From the NCBI GenBank assembly GCA_973895155.1, contig OZ316896.1, positions 20,200,754 through 20,264,753 on the forward strand: a stretch of DNA of 64,000 nucleotides, written 5' to 3'. The DNA is from Marsupella aquatica. Its lineage: Eukaryota > Plantae > Marchantiophyta. Each line of letters begins with the position of its first letter. Position 1 is the stretch's first letter. The notes beneath the pieces are model-generated. The model was not told where the DNA came from. It ran no database searches and saw only the letters and a program-made list of their open reading frames with translations. Below are positions 1 to 11,376 of the stretch, one piece after another. The position numbers were made by a program, and so were the translations under genes.

Positions 1-328
1 AGTTCCGAATGGCAACCTGTGAAATCTTGGCCAGTATTGCCTGTCTATCTTAGTCTTGAATGCCCCGTCCTGTCATTGATGTTCTAGGAGCAATTCATTT
101 TGCAAAGGGTGTTAAATTTATCTTCGTAACTAAGGTGTCGAAATCAGGATAAGGTGATGATTGTAAATGTAGTCAAGGATCTACAGAAAGGAAACTAAGA
201 ACCTTGGGGGACCATTTAATTCCACCTTAAGCCCTAGTCCTCAGGATATTCCCCAATGCTCTAAGGTCAGAACCTAGGGGAATACCTAAACCCGAAGGCT
301 GTGAGGGCATCATTTGGGGGTTTTAACA
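1..328. mobile_element. Possible right end of a Ty3/gypsy-type LTR, truncated by the window edge
   Basis: CpG-poor non-coding segment ending ...TTGGGGGTTTTAACA, which resembles gypsy LTR termini (..GGGG..ACA). No partner LTR, PBS or TSD is visible. Confidence 0.25.
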
Positions 329-785
329 CTTCTTGCTGGTTCACATTCAGGAATATTAGTGTCTGCATGACTATAGCTGTTCAGTAACTGGATTGGGATA
401 CTGGAGGCCACTACAAAATGTACTAGAAATGACAGGAAGAGCCTGAGAAATTCCTTAGTTGTCTACAGCAGAGTAGAAAGGGGCTTCGGAGTTTCAGCGT
501 TCTGGACAGGGTTGGCGGAAGTGGGCTCAAGCATTAGAGCCTCGGGTGATTCTCTGTCGTTTCCTGTTGAAATTTGGCAAGCTTCTGGCAATGATAACGA
601 GTCCAACAAGAACTACTCCAATTTCTACAGGTCAGTCATATTCTCCTGACCAAGAACAAACGAATCAGTGTATGCTGCCAAACAAGGGCTGTAAATGTGT
701 GCCTTGAGTCAATTAAACCCTAAAGTGGACAAAGAGCTACAGTAGTTTACCTGAACACTTTCTACTTGAAGTTAATGAACTACTA

Positions 786-968
786 AATATAAATCTAGTT
801 ACTTTTCCTAATTATCTGGTCAATTCACAAATAAAAGGAGAAAATTTCTCTATTTTTATAATATCTATTGTAGCAGCCGAAGCAACCATGGGTTTAGCCA
901 TTGTTTTAGCTATTTATTGTAATAGGAAATCAACTCGCATTGATCAATTTGATTTGCTAAAATGATAA
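786..968 (+). pseudogene. ndhE: Nuclear plastid DNA insertion (NUPT): 3' ~60 codons of chloroplast ndhE, decayed
   Basis: AT-rich island translating [59 protein letters not shown](TGA)TAA. This matches the plastid NdhE C-terminal half (NINLV.FSN...[46 protein letters not shown]). The N-terminus is absent and the terminal Trp codon has become TGA. Confidence 0.92.
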
Positions 969-3900
969 TGATTTCATTACAATTAATATCCGTGCATCTT
1001 TACCTGTGATCACTAATCCATTGGGACCTCAATAGATAGGAAGTCCTGCTGGAGGCACAGATCAGGCATATCTTGAGTAAGCGGATGTTCAATAGAAGAC
1101 TGGAAGTCTTAACTACATAGGACCAGTAAATGAGCACCGCCCCAAAGGCATCACTGCATTTAGAGGCAAGATTGGAAGCTGAGGTTGAGGATGGACAGTT
1201 ATATAGAGGCGTAGATTTTACAATGGTTGTCCGCTTGGAGTCGGCAGTACCAGGAAGAATGAAATGAGCGACTGAGATCATTCTGCATTCTGCAGTAATC
1301 TTCTGCCATGAATGATACTACAGAGGCTGAATATTGTTAGAAGTTTTGCATGGACAGTTCATCTTTGTGTTGCGTCTGTTTGAACGAAGAAAGAAGAATT
1401 TTAACCACTTCAGTTTTGAAATAGACAACAGGAAACTATAAACAATTTGAAACCGACAACCAGAAATTGAAAAACCATTAGGGTCTGTCAAAGTTCTCTT
1501 GTAACACTTTGGTTATGGTTTAATTTTTGTTGGATCGTACCACCCTTATGGGGTAGGTATTTTGGTAACCCATAACTATTCTGTCCTTGCCGTAAGTGTG
1601 TTTTATGTCCTGAGCCGTCACTCACGTACAACTATGCTGTTGACATGCCCTATTGGAGCTGTAAGGCATGATGCATACGATCCTGCATCTGGCTCTTTGT
1701 CAGACTCCACGGCCAAGTGTTTGAAGGTTGCAAAGCGCCCTGCTTCAAATAGTATGTAAAATTTACACCCGTGGAGAAATAATGAGGGAAAAAAGAAAGA
1801 ACCCCTTGGATAACCAGTAAACCAATCCCTATTTTACCCCATTTTGAAAAGCTTAGACAATATCACAGAAGATCTCCCCACGGTTCTGTTTTTGTTTGTT
1901 GGTTTGGCAAAAAAGGCAAAGAGCCCAATGAATGAAAAGGAGGAAAACCTTTCTGAATATGAAGTCCAACCCAGCAGAGGAGGATAGGAGAAGGAAAGCC
2001 AAGACCCGCTCGAGGAAAAGGAAGTGGGTGAGGATTGTGCTTAGTGTAAGGAAGCACCCAGAAACAATTTTAAAACAAAATTTAAAGAAAACTGCTGGAA
2101 AGACTTATGCAAACAGAGAAAGAAAGTGAATAAGTTGCCAAACTGAGAACTCTGCTTGTGGGAATTAAGCAAGAGTAGCAATACTTGTCATCAGACGACT
2201 GACTCTTTCATTAGACGAGATGAGACACGTGCCCCACTTTCAGAAATCATGTTGCCATTATGCACTATAGCCAAATGCTTTGAGTAGGACTGTTTCCATT
2301 ACAGTTTCTAGTATATATATATACTAGCCCAATGTATTTGCTTTGCATAATATTGTCATAGTAGTTGCTTTTGAGCAAAACTGTTGTTGTGCCTAAGTCC
2401 AACACAAGTGCACTTGGATGCTGCAGGGAGTCAGCTAATTGGATTTCAAGGAATGTATGAATTGCGCCGAGAGTGACAAGTTTGGCATGGTAAAGATGCC
2501 CAGTGGTGCCCAGAGTGGCATGGCTGTGTGGTTCACTTGAGTGGAGATTGATAGGTCTTGGGTTCAAATGTTGTAACTGACTCTTCCCTTTTTTGTGGGG
2601 TTTCACAGCTTTCCCCTCAAATTTTAAAATTTTAATGAAAATGCCTATTGGACCTTTGAGTCCATATCTTGGTTAGGAAAAAATGCCATCAAAGTTAAAT
2701 GGCTAGGGAGTCTTCCTAAATACACCACATCATGACATTATGACATCAAAAACAGACCTTGAGAAAGAAAGACCTTGAGAAAGAAAGGGTGGGATTAGGT
2801 ACCTGAGTGAAGGAAATCCTTAAGTAACTGAAACTTACATAGACCACAATGTTTGACAAGATATTAGGACGAACCATGACAATTTGCAAGGACTACTTTG
2901 AAATATTTTACTCATTCAAATAGTACCTGTATTTGTATACATGCACTGTTCAGGTTGTCAAGAAGTGCGTAGCAGGTCGTTCAGCAAATTTTGAAGCACA
3001 AATGTACACCAGTAACTTGGGGAATGCGTGGTTGTCTCATTAGGCCAAAAGTTGATAAGCATGGATCTTTAAGGGAAATGCATTCAAGATGCATGAACGA
3101 GTTTTCTTTTGCTTCATATGTAAAGCTACTAAAAATTCCAAGACACGGAAGATTTTGTGAATTGTTGGGCATGGATTCATCAACCCCCACAAAACAAAAA
3201 TTCATCGATGTTTACAGGAAAGCTGGACTATTTTGCGTTTTATCAATCCCGCTAAAACTAAAAAGCATCGATGTTACAGGAAAGCTGGACTGTTTTGTGT
3301 TCCAGGGAATTCACCTATGGCCTGTTTTCACATGCTTAGAAACAATTGCAATGCTGTCTTTTGACGTCACTCAGTGAGCTCAGTTAATTCGTGATGTTAG
3401 TAACTGTCACCATGACCCTAAATAACACGTAACTGGAACCACACTCAATCAAATCCCACAATGCTGTCGGATTTCAGACCAAATCATTCTCGTGGAAGAA
3501 TCACAAGGACTGAAGTTTGTGTCTATCGATCTTGCTAAACTAAAATTGTATCTCTTCTCACTCACTGGTGTTGTTGGGTAATTCTTTCTGATAGATTACA
3601 AGAAAAGATCGAAGAGATTGCTTTTGTTCACCATATACGTAGCCGTAGGGCCATCCAACTGAAGGTCAAAATTATCCGAACTGGCGGACGAAACCGAGCA
3701 CGAAAGTCTTGAGCTTCACGACACCTAAAGGCTATTCTGAGTGAGCAAGAATCATGCTTGTATTCTAAACTATCGATCTTACTACTACTGTTCTTGTGGT
3801 CAGCCTTTAGTTAGCTAGTACTGTAGTGAGCCCATAGCATGGTGAGGAAAGACGAAACACAATGAAAAAAATTTCAGTACAAGGTAGCTTCATTATGCCA

Positions 3901-4162
3901 ATTTCAGCTCATCAAATACATGTAGTGAAGAACATGTACGAGGCTGCAGCAATTAATCAAGTGCTTGGCAATGAACACAGAACTCAGCAGCAGGATCGAT
4001 TGGCAGCAGTAATCCACTGCAGAAGCTAAGCAATCAATGTCATGACCATAAACAGAACTCTGGAAGGCTGCATTACTCGTAGATTATTTGCAGGACCTCG
4101 AGTGGAGTTTTTCGTAAATTAAAGCAATAACAACATAAGGTTGAAAAGATCAAGTCTATACA

Positions 4163-4900
4163 CTAACTGTAGGGCAAAATTTTGGAGTTGAGGAAAGTCG
4201 GCAGCCTCTTTTCGACAAGCCTTCTCAACTCCAAGCTCTTCTGGTCCAAGCTGCCGTTGTTGGCCAGGTCGAGGTGCTTGAATTGTGAGAGATGCTCGGC
4301 CTGTACGGCCTCAGCGATGGTGGGAAGGTACCTTGCTGGCAGGCCCAGGCGTTGTAATCTCGACAAGTCCTGCGACTCTTTTGCCCTCGCGAACACGCTA
4401 CTGATGACCTCCTCTACCAAAACCTGGCGAGAAGATTCCCACCCCGTGGCGAGGTCCAAATGCCTCAGAGAACTCAAATCGACCTTGATGTTACTCTCGG
4501 AGTTTCGGGCTCGATTGCCGTTGATGTTCAAGCTCTCCATCGTGAAGCCGGTCATTTTTTTGGGTTTCTGGCTCTTCTGGTGCTTGATTGATGATACGAA
4601 CTCCGTCTGGATCAACCACGCGTACTCCATTGGGTCCAGCTCCTTGCTTTGGAAGTACTCTTCGTCTTTTTTGAAACGACCTCCATAGTCATCCAGTTCT
4701 TCAAGGCTAGGAACTCGGTGGAGGCGGACCCCTTTTCCCTTGTCGGCCTTTGAGTACCTCTGTGGACCCCTATTGCGTAACATGCCTCTGCTGTACATGG
4801 ACATGACTTCGAATGGATCGGATGACACCGTTCTCTGTCCTGACCTAGAAGATATCCACGGCGCAGTTCTGGGGCATCTCCAATCTAATGAGTTGAACAT
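4163..4900 (-). CDS. Single-exon 245-aa hypothetical protein with degenerate LRR-like repeats
   Basis: ATG-to-stop ORF, much longer than the background ORFs nearby. Contains LxxLxxLxL motifs LSSLRHLDLA, LSRLQRLGL and LSQFKHLDLANN. Family not recognised. Confidence 0.45.
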   Translation of the reverse strand: MFNSLDWRCPRTAPWISSRSGQRTVSSDPFEVMSMYSRGMLRNRGPQRYSKADKGKGVRLHRVPSLEELDDYGGRFKKDEEYFQSKELDPMEYAWLIQTEFVSSIKHQKSQKPKKMTGFTMESLNINGNRARNSESNIKVDLSSLRHLDLATGWESSRQVLVEEVISSVFARAKESQDLSRLQRLGLPARYLPTIAEAVQAEHLSQFKHLDLANNGSLDQKSLELRRLVEKRLPTFLNSKILPYS

Positions 4901-6028
4901 GTATGATTGTGGAATGGTCTTGTTAAGAGCTCCTCAGTTATATTGATTTCTCAACGAGGTCAGTTCCAATTCTATGAAATTTTCTACGAAATTCCTGGAG
5001 AGTCCTATTCAATTCTATTGGAACGATCGGGTCATGCCAATAAGTAACGTAGCTCTTTCTAGTTGCTTGTTAGCCTAAAGTAATACGGACAAGCACGTCA
5101 AGCTTCTGAGACCTCCCTTCATGATTCTAGAATGGAACGAAATAACATTGGCTCATCACATATATCTAGAGATCTATAGGCGCGAACCAATCGGAAATAG
5201 TCTATGCTGTGATTCTGCTATCATCCACGAAAGGCCCGAGACAAATTCTGCATCAATTGGGTTTGCACAAGTACAAAGTTCAAAGCAATCGGTGGCTGCC
5301 GGCCAGCTGCTGCTCTTGATTGGCTACGGATCCCAAGCACTGGATTCTTCAGGATACATTAAGCGCTTGCTTGAAAATTGTTGGCTCTGGTGGAAACACT
5401 AATAAATTCTCAGCTGGCGAAGCAGATTGATGCCAATCATAGTACGCAGCAATTTGCTTCTAGCAGGACTTAGGCTGAGAATGAACAGCAGACCAATAGC
5501 CCAACGTACATAATGCAAAGTTGACATACGTTGGACTAGAGTTTCGCACCTGCACTGAAAGCCAAGAGCAGAATAATGGCCGGGACTCAGATTCACGTAT
5601 CAGATGCTACGTCGCGCGCGGGCGTTGCCTTCAAATATTTAGCCTGTAGAAGATCAGACCAGACCGAGCTAGTGTCACATTATTTGGCCATGACGTTGTC
5701 CTCAATCGTACGCGTACGTACTTTCCTGAGCCTCGCGCGCCATAACGTTCGAGACGCCGGACGTTTCCCAGATGTTCCGTAACGATGATGAATGCTTGTT
5801 AGTCGGAGATCGTTCTCATGTTCTCATGAAAAAATATCACTGCCAATCAGGCTCTCGTGTTTTACATCTCCTCCCTAACTCTGCAACCGATCATTGATCA
5901 CTACGGCAATCATCCCGCATTGCACAAAATAACCAGCTCTTGCTTTGCTATCTAATTGAAAGTCCGCCTGCGTTGCTTTCCTTACTACGGGCTTGTGTTT
6001 GTGCTCGAGACCTGCGATTTGCGACGCC

Positions 6029-6133
6029 TGAATTGAGATCATGGCCCAATTACACTGGTCTTCATCGGCCGACGCTAAACCATGAATTGAGATGGCCGAA
6101 TCAAACTGGTCTTCATCGGCTGACGCTAAACCA
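6029..6133. repeat. Tandem duplication, ~52-bp unit x2
   Basis: TGAATTGAGAT...ACTGGTCTTCATCGGC.GACGCTAAACCA occurs at 6029 and 6083. Confidence 0.85.
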
Positions 6134-9100
6134 AACCAGGACTCCGGTCAGATGCTGTCGTTCAACACAATCGTACGCAAACTTGGCCTCCCCTCAGATG
6201 CTGTCGCTCCTTGTAAATTGTACAGTAACTAACTACTCAAACTGGGCGTCCCGTCAGATGCCGTCGTTCAACGGAATCACAATTTATCAATGAGCTTTCC
6301 ATGACTGACAAAGTCAGCAGGGCAGGCCTTTCTGTTGATCCCAGTCGCGCGAGGAGGGGATGATTCACACTGTTCCCATGACAATATCTCTATCCGGCCA
6401 TATGACGATGAATACCAAGCACGCACCCTGCAAAGGTACCCCATGCCAGGAGTAAGCTCCACGGCGCGGGTGGATTGAGTAAGCCCTAATCATCATGGCT
6501 TTCAACGACCGTCAACCGAGAGAGCTCGGGCCAAAGTCCTCAGAATCGACCTCGGGATTGTCAGCATTTCGCAAATTGTGTGACGCCATGATTCTCGCAG
6601 GTTAGAGCTCGAGAATCTGGATCAATCGGCAGCAGCCACAGACGCCATGCCACAGTGCCTGCCGGGCGCAAGCGGCCAACTTTCGATAATTCTTAGGGCC
6701 CAGATCCTCGTAAGAATCCTCCAATTCGTCGTCTCTTTCGCATCCTTTCCTTTGGCTTCAAGTGAATTTGGTTTTCCAAACGGATATACATCTCCTTTAC
6801 TGAGTAGCCTTCATGATTGCTAGTGTGTGTAGGCAGCTCGAAGATGCGTCTGCAGACATGGAGAGCCAGCTTAGGTGGGAGATAAGCTATGACTGTGTGC
6901 AGCTTGGCCGGCTCAGCAGAGGATTCTCGCTTTTGGGATTTTACTTTGAGCCTGGTGAGATTCATTGTCTTTCTTCTGGTTCTCAGATTTCCCTTGTTTT
7001 CCCCCTTTATTGGCCCTTTATTGGGTCCCAATATTGGGTCTCCCTGTATCAAGCTTCTTGGCAGTGTTATGTATAGCCTTTCTGTTCTTTGGCAATGTTA
7101 TAGATATAGCTTTCTGTTCTTTGGTGTATATATATTGGCTTTGTTTTGCTTCTAAAGTATACCTATAGCAAGCAATTGGTTCCTTAGCAGTATTGGTTCC
7201 TTAGCAGTAATATATATATAGCTTTGTTCTGCTTATAAGTATATCTATAGCTGCAAGCAGTTGGTAGGGAGTGGAAGATTCCCCAAACCGTCCAAATAGA
7301 TATTACTGTTTTTGACTAAGTTACGTCCAAAACTGCGTGACCCCCCCCCAAAAAAATTGACTAGTGAGCAGACTTAATTTATCTTAGCAGCACAATCAGA
7401 CTATTTGAGTTATTTATTCCTTTCAGGGTGCCAATATAGTTATGAAATTAGTAACTTAGCGGGTAATTTAGCAGTTTTGTTCAATTTTGGGGGTGACAGA
7501 CAACAAGAGGTTTATATAATCATAACTATTTTTTGTTTGGTGCATCTGAGGCCAGGAGGGGTTTCACCTGCCCCTGATATAGTAGGGGAGGCACTGGTTA
7601 ACATTTGAGGTTTGGCACACACCAAAATTGCCTAGGATTTTCACCTAGCCACCCCTGGGGAACGAGAGGAGAAATGGCAGTGGGGGTCAAAGCTATGATT
7701 GGGTTAATTACAAGTGCTTGTTTTGGGTCAATTGGGCCACAGGTGACTGAGGGATGCAAGACTGAGGATAAGAGTCTCATGAGGGTGCGTCAAGTCATGA
7801 GTATGCCTGCAAGGATTTGTTTGATGCTTCTAAATAGGCTGTCTCACCTGCCCTTAAACTGGTACTTTTTAGCCTGCCCCCAAACTATTTTGATTAGTAA
7901 GCACCTTACCCCAAACCTTGTATTTTCACATTAACTCATTTCACCTAAACCCAATGCAACCTTCCATTGGCTCACACTGAGTGTAACCCACATTCTCCCA
8001 TATATCCCTGTCCTTCATGCCCTCTGCCTGGGCGTCCGCCATCTCTCTCCTGCTTGGTCTTATGGTTTCTACACTTCCAGCCCGGCCCGGCCCAGCCCAG
8101 CCCGGCCCACCCCTCCCATCATTACACATGGTCCTGCTTGCACCCTGCCCATAACTGAGGCATCAATTTTGCAACAATGCAGGAGTGAGATGGCAATGAC
8201 GTGGGAGATATGGTAACAAATGGGGCCATAAGAGGGTGATGTGGTGCTTACACTATGGGCCAATGACTGGAGGCCATCCTGGGTTCATTACCTTGGACGG
8301 GTTCGAGTGCATACAATTTTGGGGCTACTTACTAATCCTAACTGACAGTTTGGAGGGGCAGATAACATATCATGGTCAGTCTAGAACTGTGGGAATGTTT
8401 TTTGGCCGTTTGATGACAAGGCCGCATCGTTGGATTTTCCTTAAACATCCTCCTAAGTAACCCCTCCTGCGCCTTGCCCACAGTCCTGCATTTGTGTGCC
8501 TTGCCTGCCTAGTGTGCCATCCTGCCCCAGTGCACCCTCGGCCTTCCTCATGCAAAATGAACAATGCAACCACAACATTTTTGCAGTAAACAGAAATATA
8601 TGACTGGCAAGAACATTCAATATCATTTCATACCAATAAGAGCAACCATAATGACAACATTTCCACAACAACACCAAGCTGATACAAAGACGCTTCTGCA
8701 ACCATAAATTATTGTATAGATGAGACAGGCAAAACTGTTAGTGACACTTCCCCAACAACCATATAGTCACAATGACAACCCAGTGAAATGACAATTGACT
8801 TCCCCAACCACAACACAACTGCAATGACTCAGGGGTGTCACTTTTGTGAAATGACACATCATGTGTGACAAAACATATGGTCATACTATGGTTCTAAGTA
8901 AGGGAAGACTTAAAATCCATTGTTTAAGAAACACTACGACCTTTTAAATTCAGTTTTGAGACGTACTATTGAGAAAAAAATGGGGTTCAGTGAGATCATA
9001 AGTCTCCCCAGTTATAAGAATTCTCAGTTTAGAGATATGTTTGTTGCTCATTTGCAAAGGCCCAGTTTAATAAAAGTAGCACAAAAGAGAAAAAATAGCA

Positions 9101-9487
9101 AGAAAAGTTTTTTTTTGAGATGAGAATTTTTGGTTCTAACAAAGTCTCATCTCAAGTTTTATTGGTTCTAACACCTACCTAGCTGCCTGCGCAGCACTGC
9201 ACACTTTCTGCAACTTTTCAGGATTTTTCAAGTGTAACTAGAGTGTGATTGAACTCCACTTTAGGGTGATTGTTAAAAGGGGAGTGCCCGCCCGCTTAGA
9301 TCCTGAGACCTGAGACCTGTCAAGCCCCAGTCATTGACTCTACCACCCAGCCTGGTACCAGGTGATGACCAGGTCTACTTGCGGCTAGTATTTACTCCAA
9401 TGCTGACGCCAGGCACAAGGGGGCAGCTATGTATGGGCTAATCAATGAGGATTAGCATTGATTAGCCTAGATCTTAACATTTGTCGT

Positions 9488-9680
9488 TAATTAAATGGCA
9501 GGCACTCATCTCTCATTCCTACTTTATTTGTTAACACTATATCAATAGAGCATAATTAAATGGCAGGCATTCATCTCTAATTTTCACTTTATTGTTAACA
9601 CTATATCAATAGAGCATAATTAAATGGCAGGCATTCATCTCTAATTTTCACTTTATTGTTAACACTATATCAATAGAGCA
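9488..9680. repeat. Tandem repeat, 64-65-bp unit x3
   Basis: TAATTAAATGGCAGGCATTCATCTCTAATTTTCACTTTATTGTTAACACTATATCAATAGAGCA starts at 9488 (diverged copy), 9553 and 9617. Confidence 0.95.
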
Positions 9681-11376
9681 TGGGTAGACAAAAGTAGAGG
9701 GTGACTTGTGGCCAGGTTGAGGGTGAAATGTGGCCAGGCTGGGCTCAGACACAAGCCAAGGTCAAAATCACCAAGTTTCTTACGGCACAAGAAGTCTTTT
9801 ATTTTGCATCTGTGAAATTTAACACAGACTGTGGAATCTTTATCCATTAGTCTTGCCTAGGCTCTGTTTTGGATCCCACCTAATTTAGTGTTACTAATGC
9901 TATTTTGGCAGTAACATAAATTCTTTGCTCAATCCTCGTTGAAGTGGGGGCATAGAGATCACAGTGAATGACTTCGGGTCTTTGCCAGATTCCCACGATA
10001 ATCTAGAAAAAGGCTATTAAAGATTACAATTTGCCAGAGTATTTGTCCCTGACTGTGATGAAGGGTCATCCAACCTTGGCTACATTTTCCACCTCCTTAA
10101 ACCCCCACTAGCCATATAAGAGAGGGAAGTGTCCAAGACCTCTCACTTTTTTACATGTCACTCATTCATCACAATTTCAGGAAAATGGTACTGTTCATGG
10201 TGAAACCTGGTGGATCCAGATTTTGCCATGGCTAGTTGTGGTTAAGAAAGATAAAAGATTTGGAATCTGGAACATCCTTTTTGTTTTATCTGTAAATCAA
10301 CAACATTGCCACTCAACTGGGGTTAAGGCCAACGTGGATTTGAAAGGAAATGCAATACATTAAATGTTCTCTATTTGTTTTATTGCTTCAAAGTTTTTCA
10401 GGTTGTTGTCGTCTTTTATTGTTACTTCTCTGACCACTCCCATCCACTATCTTCCAGCACTCTACATGACCTCTACACTAAATGTATATTGGGAGTTAGC
10501 GTTTCTCTGGCTCTAATTTGTTTCATGCCTTTGAAGTTACTTCTCTGATCACTCACATTGATAAGTGAACCTCAGGCAATCTTTTTTTGTGAAGTGACTC
10601 AAATTAGAGCATACATCAAAAACCACTGGAACACATTAAGATCGATGCACATTAGAGAGGCGAACGTGAGGACGAGAATTATCAGTTGCAAATTCGCATG
10701 AGAAGGCCGGAGATAAATAAGAAAAATTCAAGCCTGAGCATAGATTATAGAGCCATTCATGATCATTGTAAGCAACTCTTACCATTTTCTGGCAAAGACA
10801 AATTACACTCTGGCCTCTTCAATTCCTGATACAGGATATGGATACCAATGAGAAGGAAAGATCGGTGAAAGAAAGAACCGCAAAATTGTGCTGAGGGGGG
10901 TTGAGAAAGTGCAGCAACGGCTACACTTCCGAAAACAGAGCCAAGGAGAAGTCTTCGAAAGCTGGTGCGAGGGTGCTATCACAGGAAAGGATGATGAAAG
11001 GTAAGACGTTGATCTCTAATGCAATATATCTTGTTGCAAAGATGTCCTCTCAGGAAAGGATACTTTCTCAGAGTCTCCGACAAGAATGACAAAGCTACGG
11101 TCGAGTAAAACCTTTGATTGCTTCCACAGACCGTTTCTAGCCAAGAAATGAACTGTGATCCTTTTGAAGTAGAACAGACCCTTTCAATCATCTCTTAGAG
11201 CACTCTGCCAGTTCTATAAATCCACCCAACGGCCCGCTCTAAGAGCATCCTTTCCATACCATATGCCCCCTGCAATATATGAAAAAACGTCCTGAGGTTT
11301 AATTTGGCCTACAACGACGCCGTCAAAATTGTTGCCCCAAGGTGTAGAGGAAAAGCGACTATCCCATCATCAGGTA

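Noticed and set aside
4182-4688. 168-aa plus-strand ORF
   Set aside because: Antisense shadow of the 245-aa minus-strand ORF; non-ATG start and no motifs.
6029-6275. CRISPR-like repeat-spacer pattern (also considered at 23795-23965 and 43318-43510)
   Set aside because: Only 2-4 degenerate copies, irregular or non-unique spacers, no cas genes, and a eukaryotic context.
6780-7260. Possible LINE 3' end (similar T-rich or A-rich tracts at ~18060-18200 and ~53790-53960)
   Set aside because: Composition is suggestive only; no RT motif, clear tail or TSD could be shown.
7263-10450. DNA transposon remnants and a degenerate SINE-like head near 9290-9355
   Set aside because: CpG-poor, TE-like sequence, but no matching TIR pair, TSD or transposase motif, so I could not delimit it.
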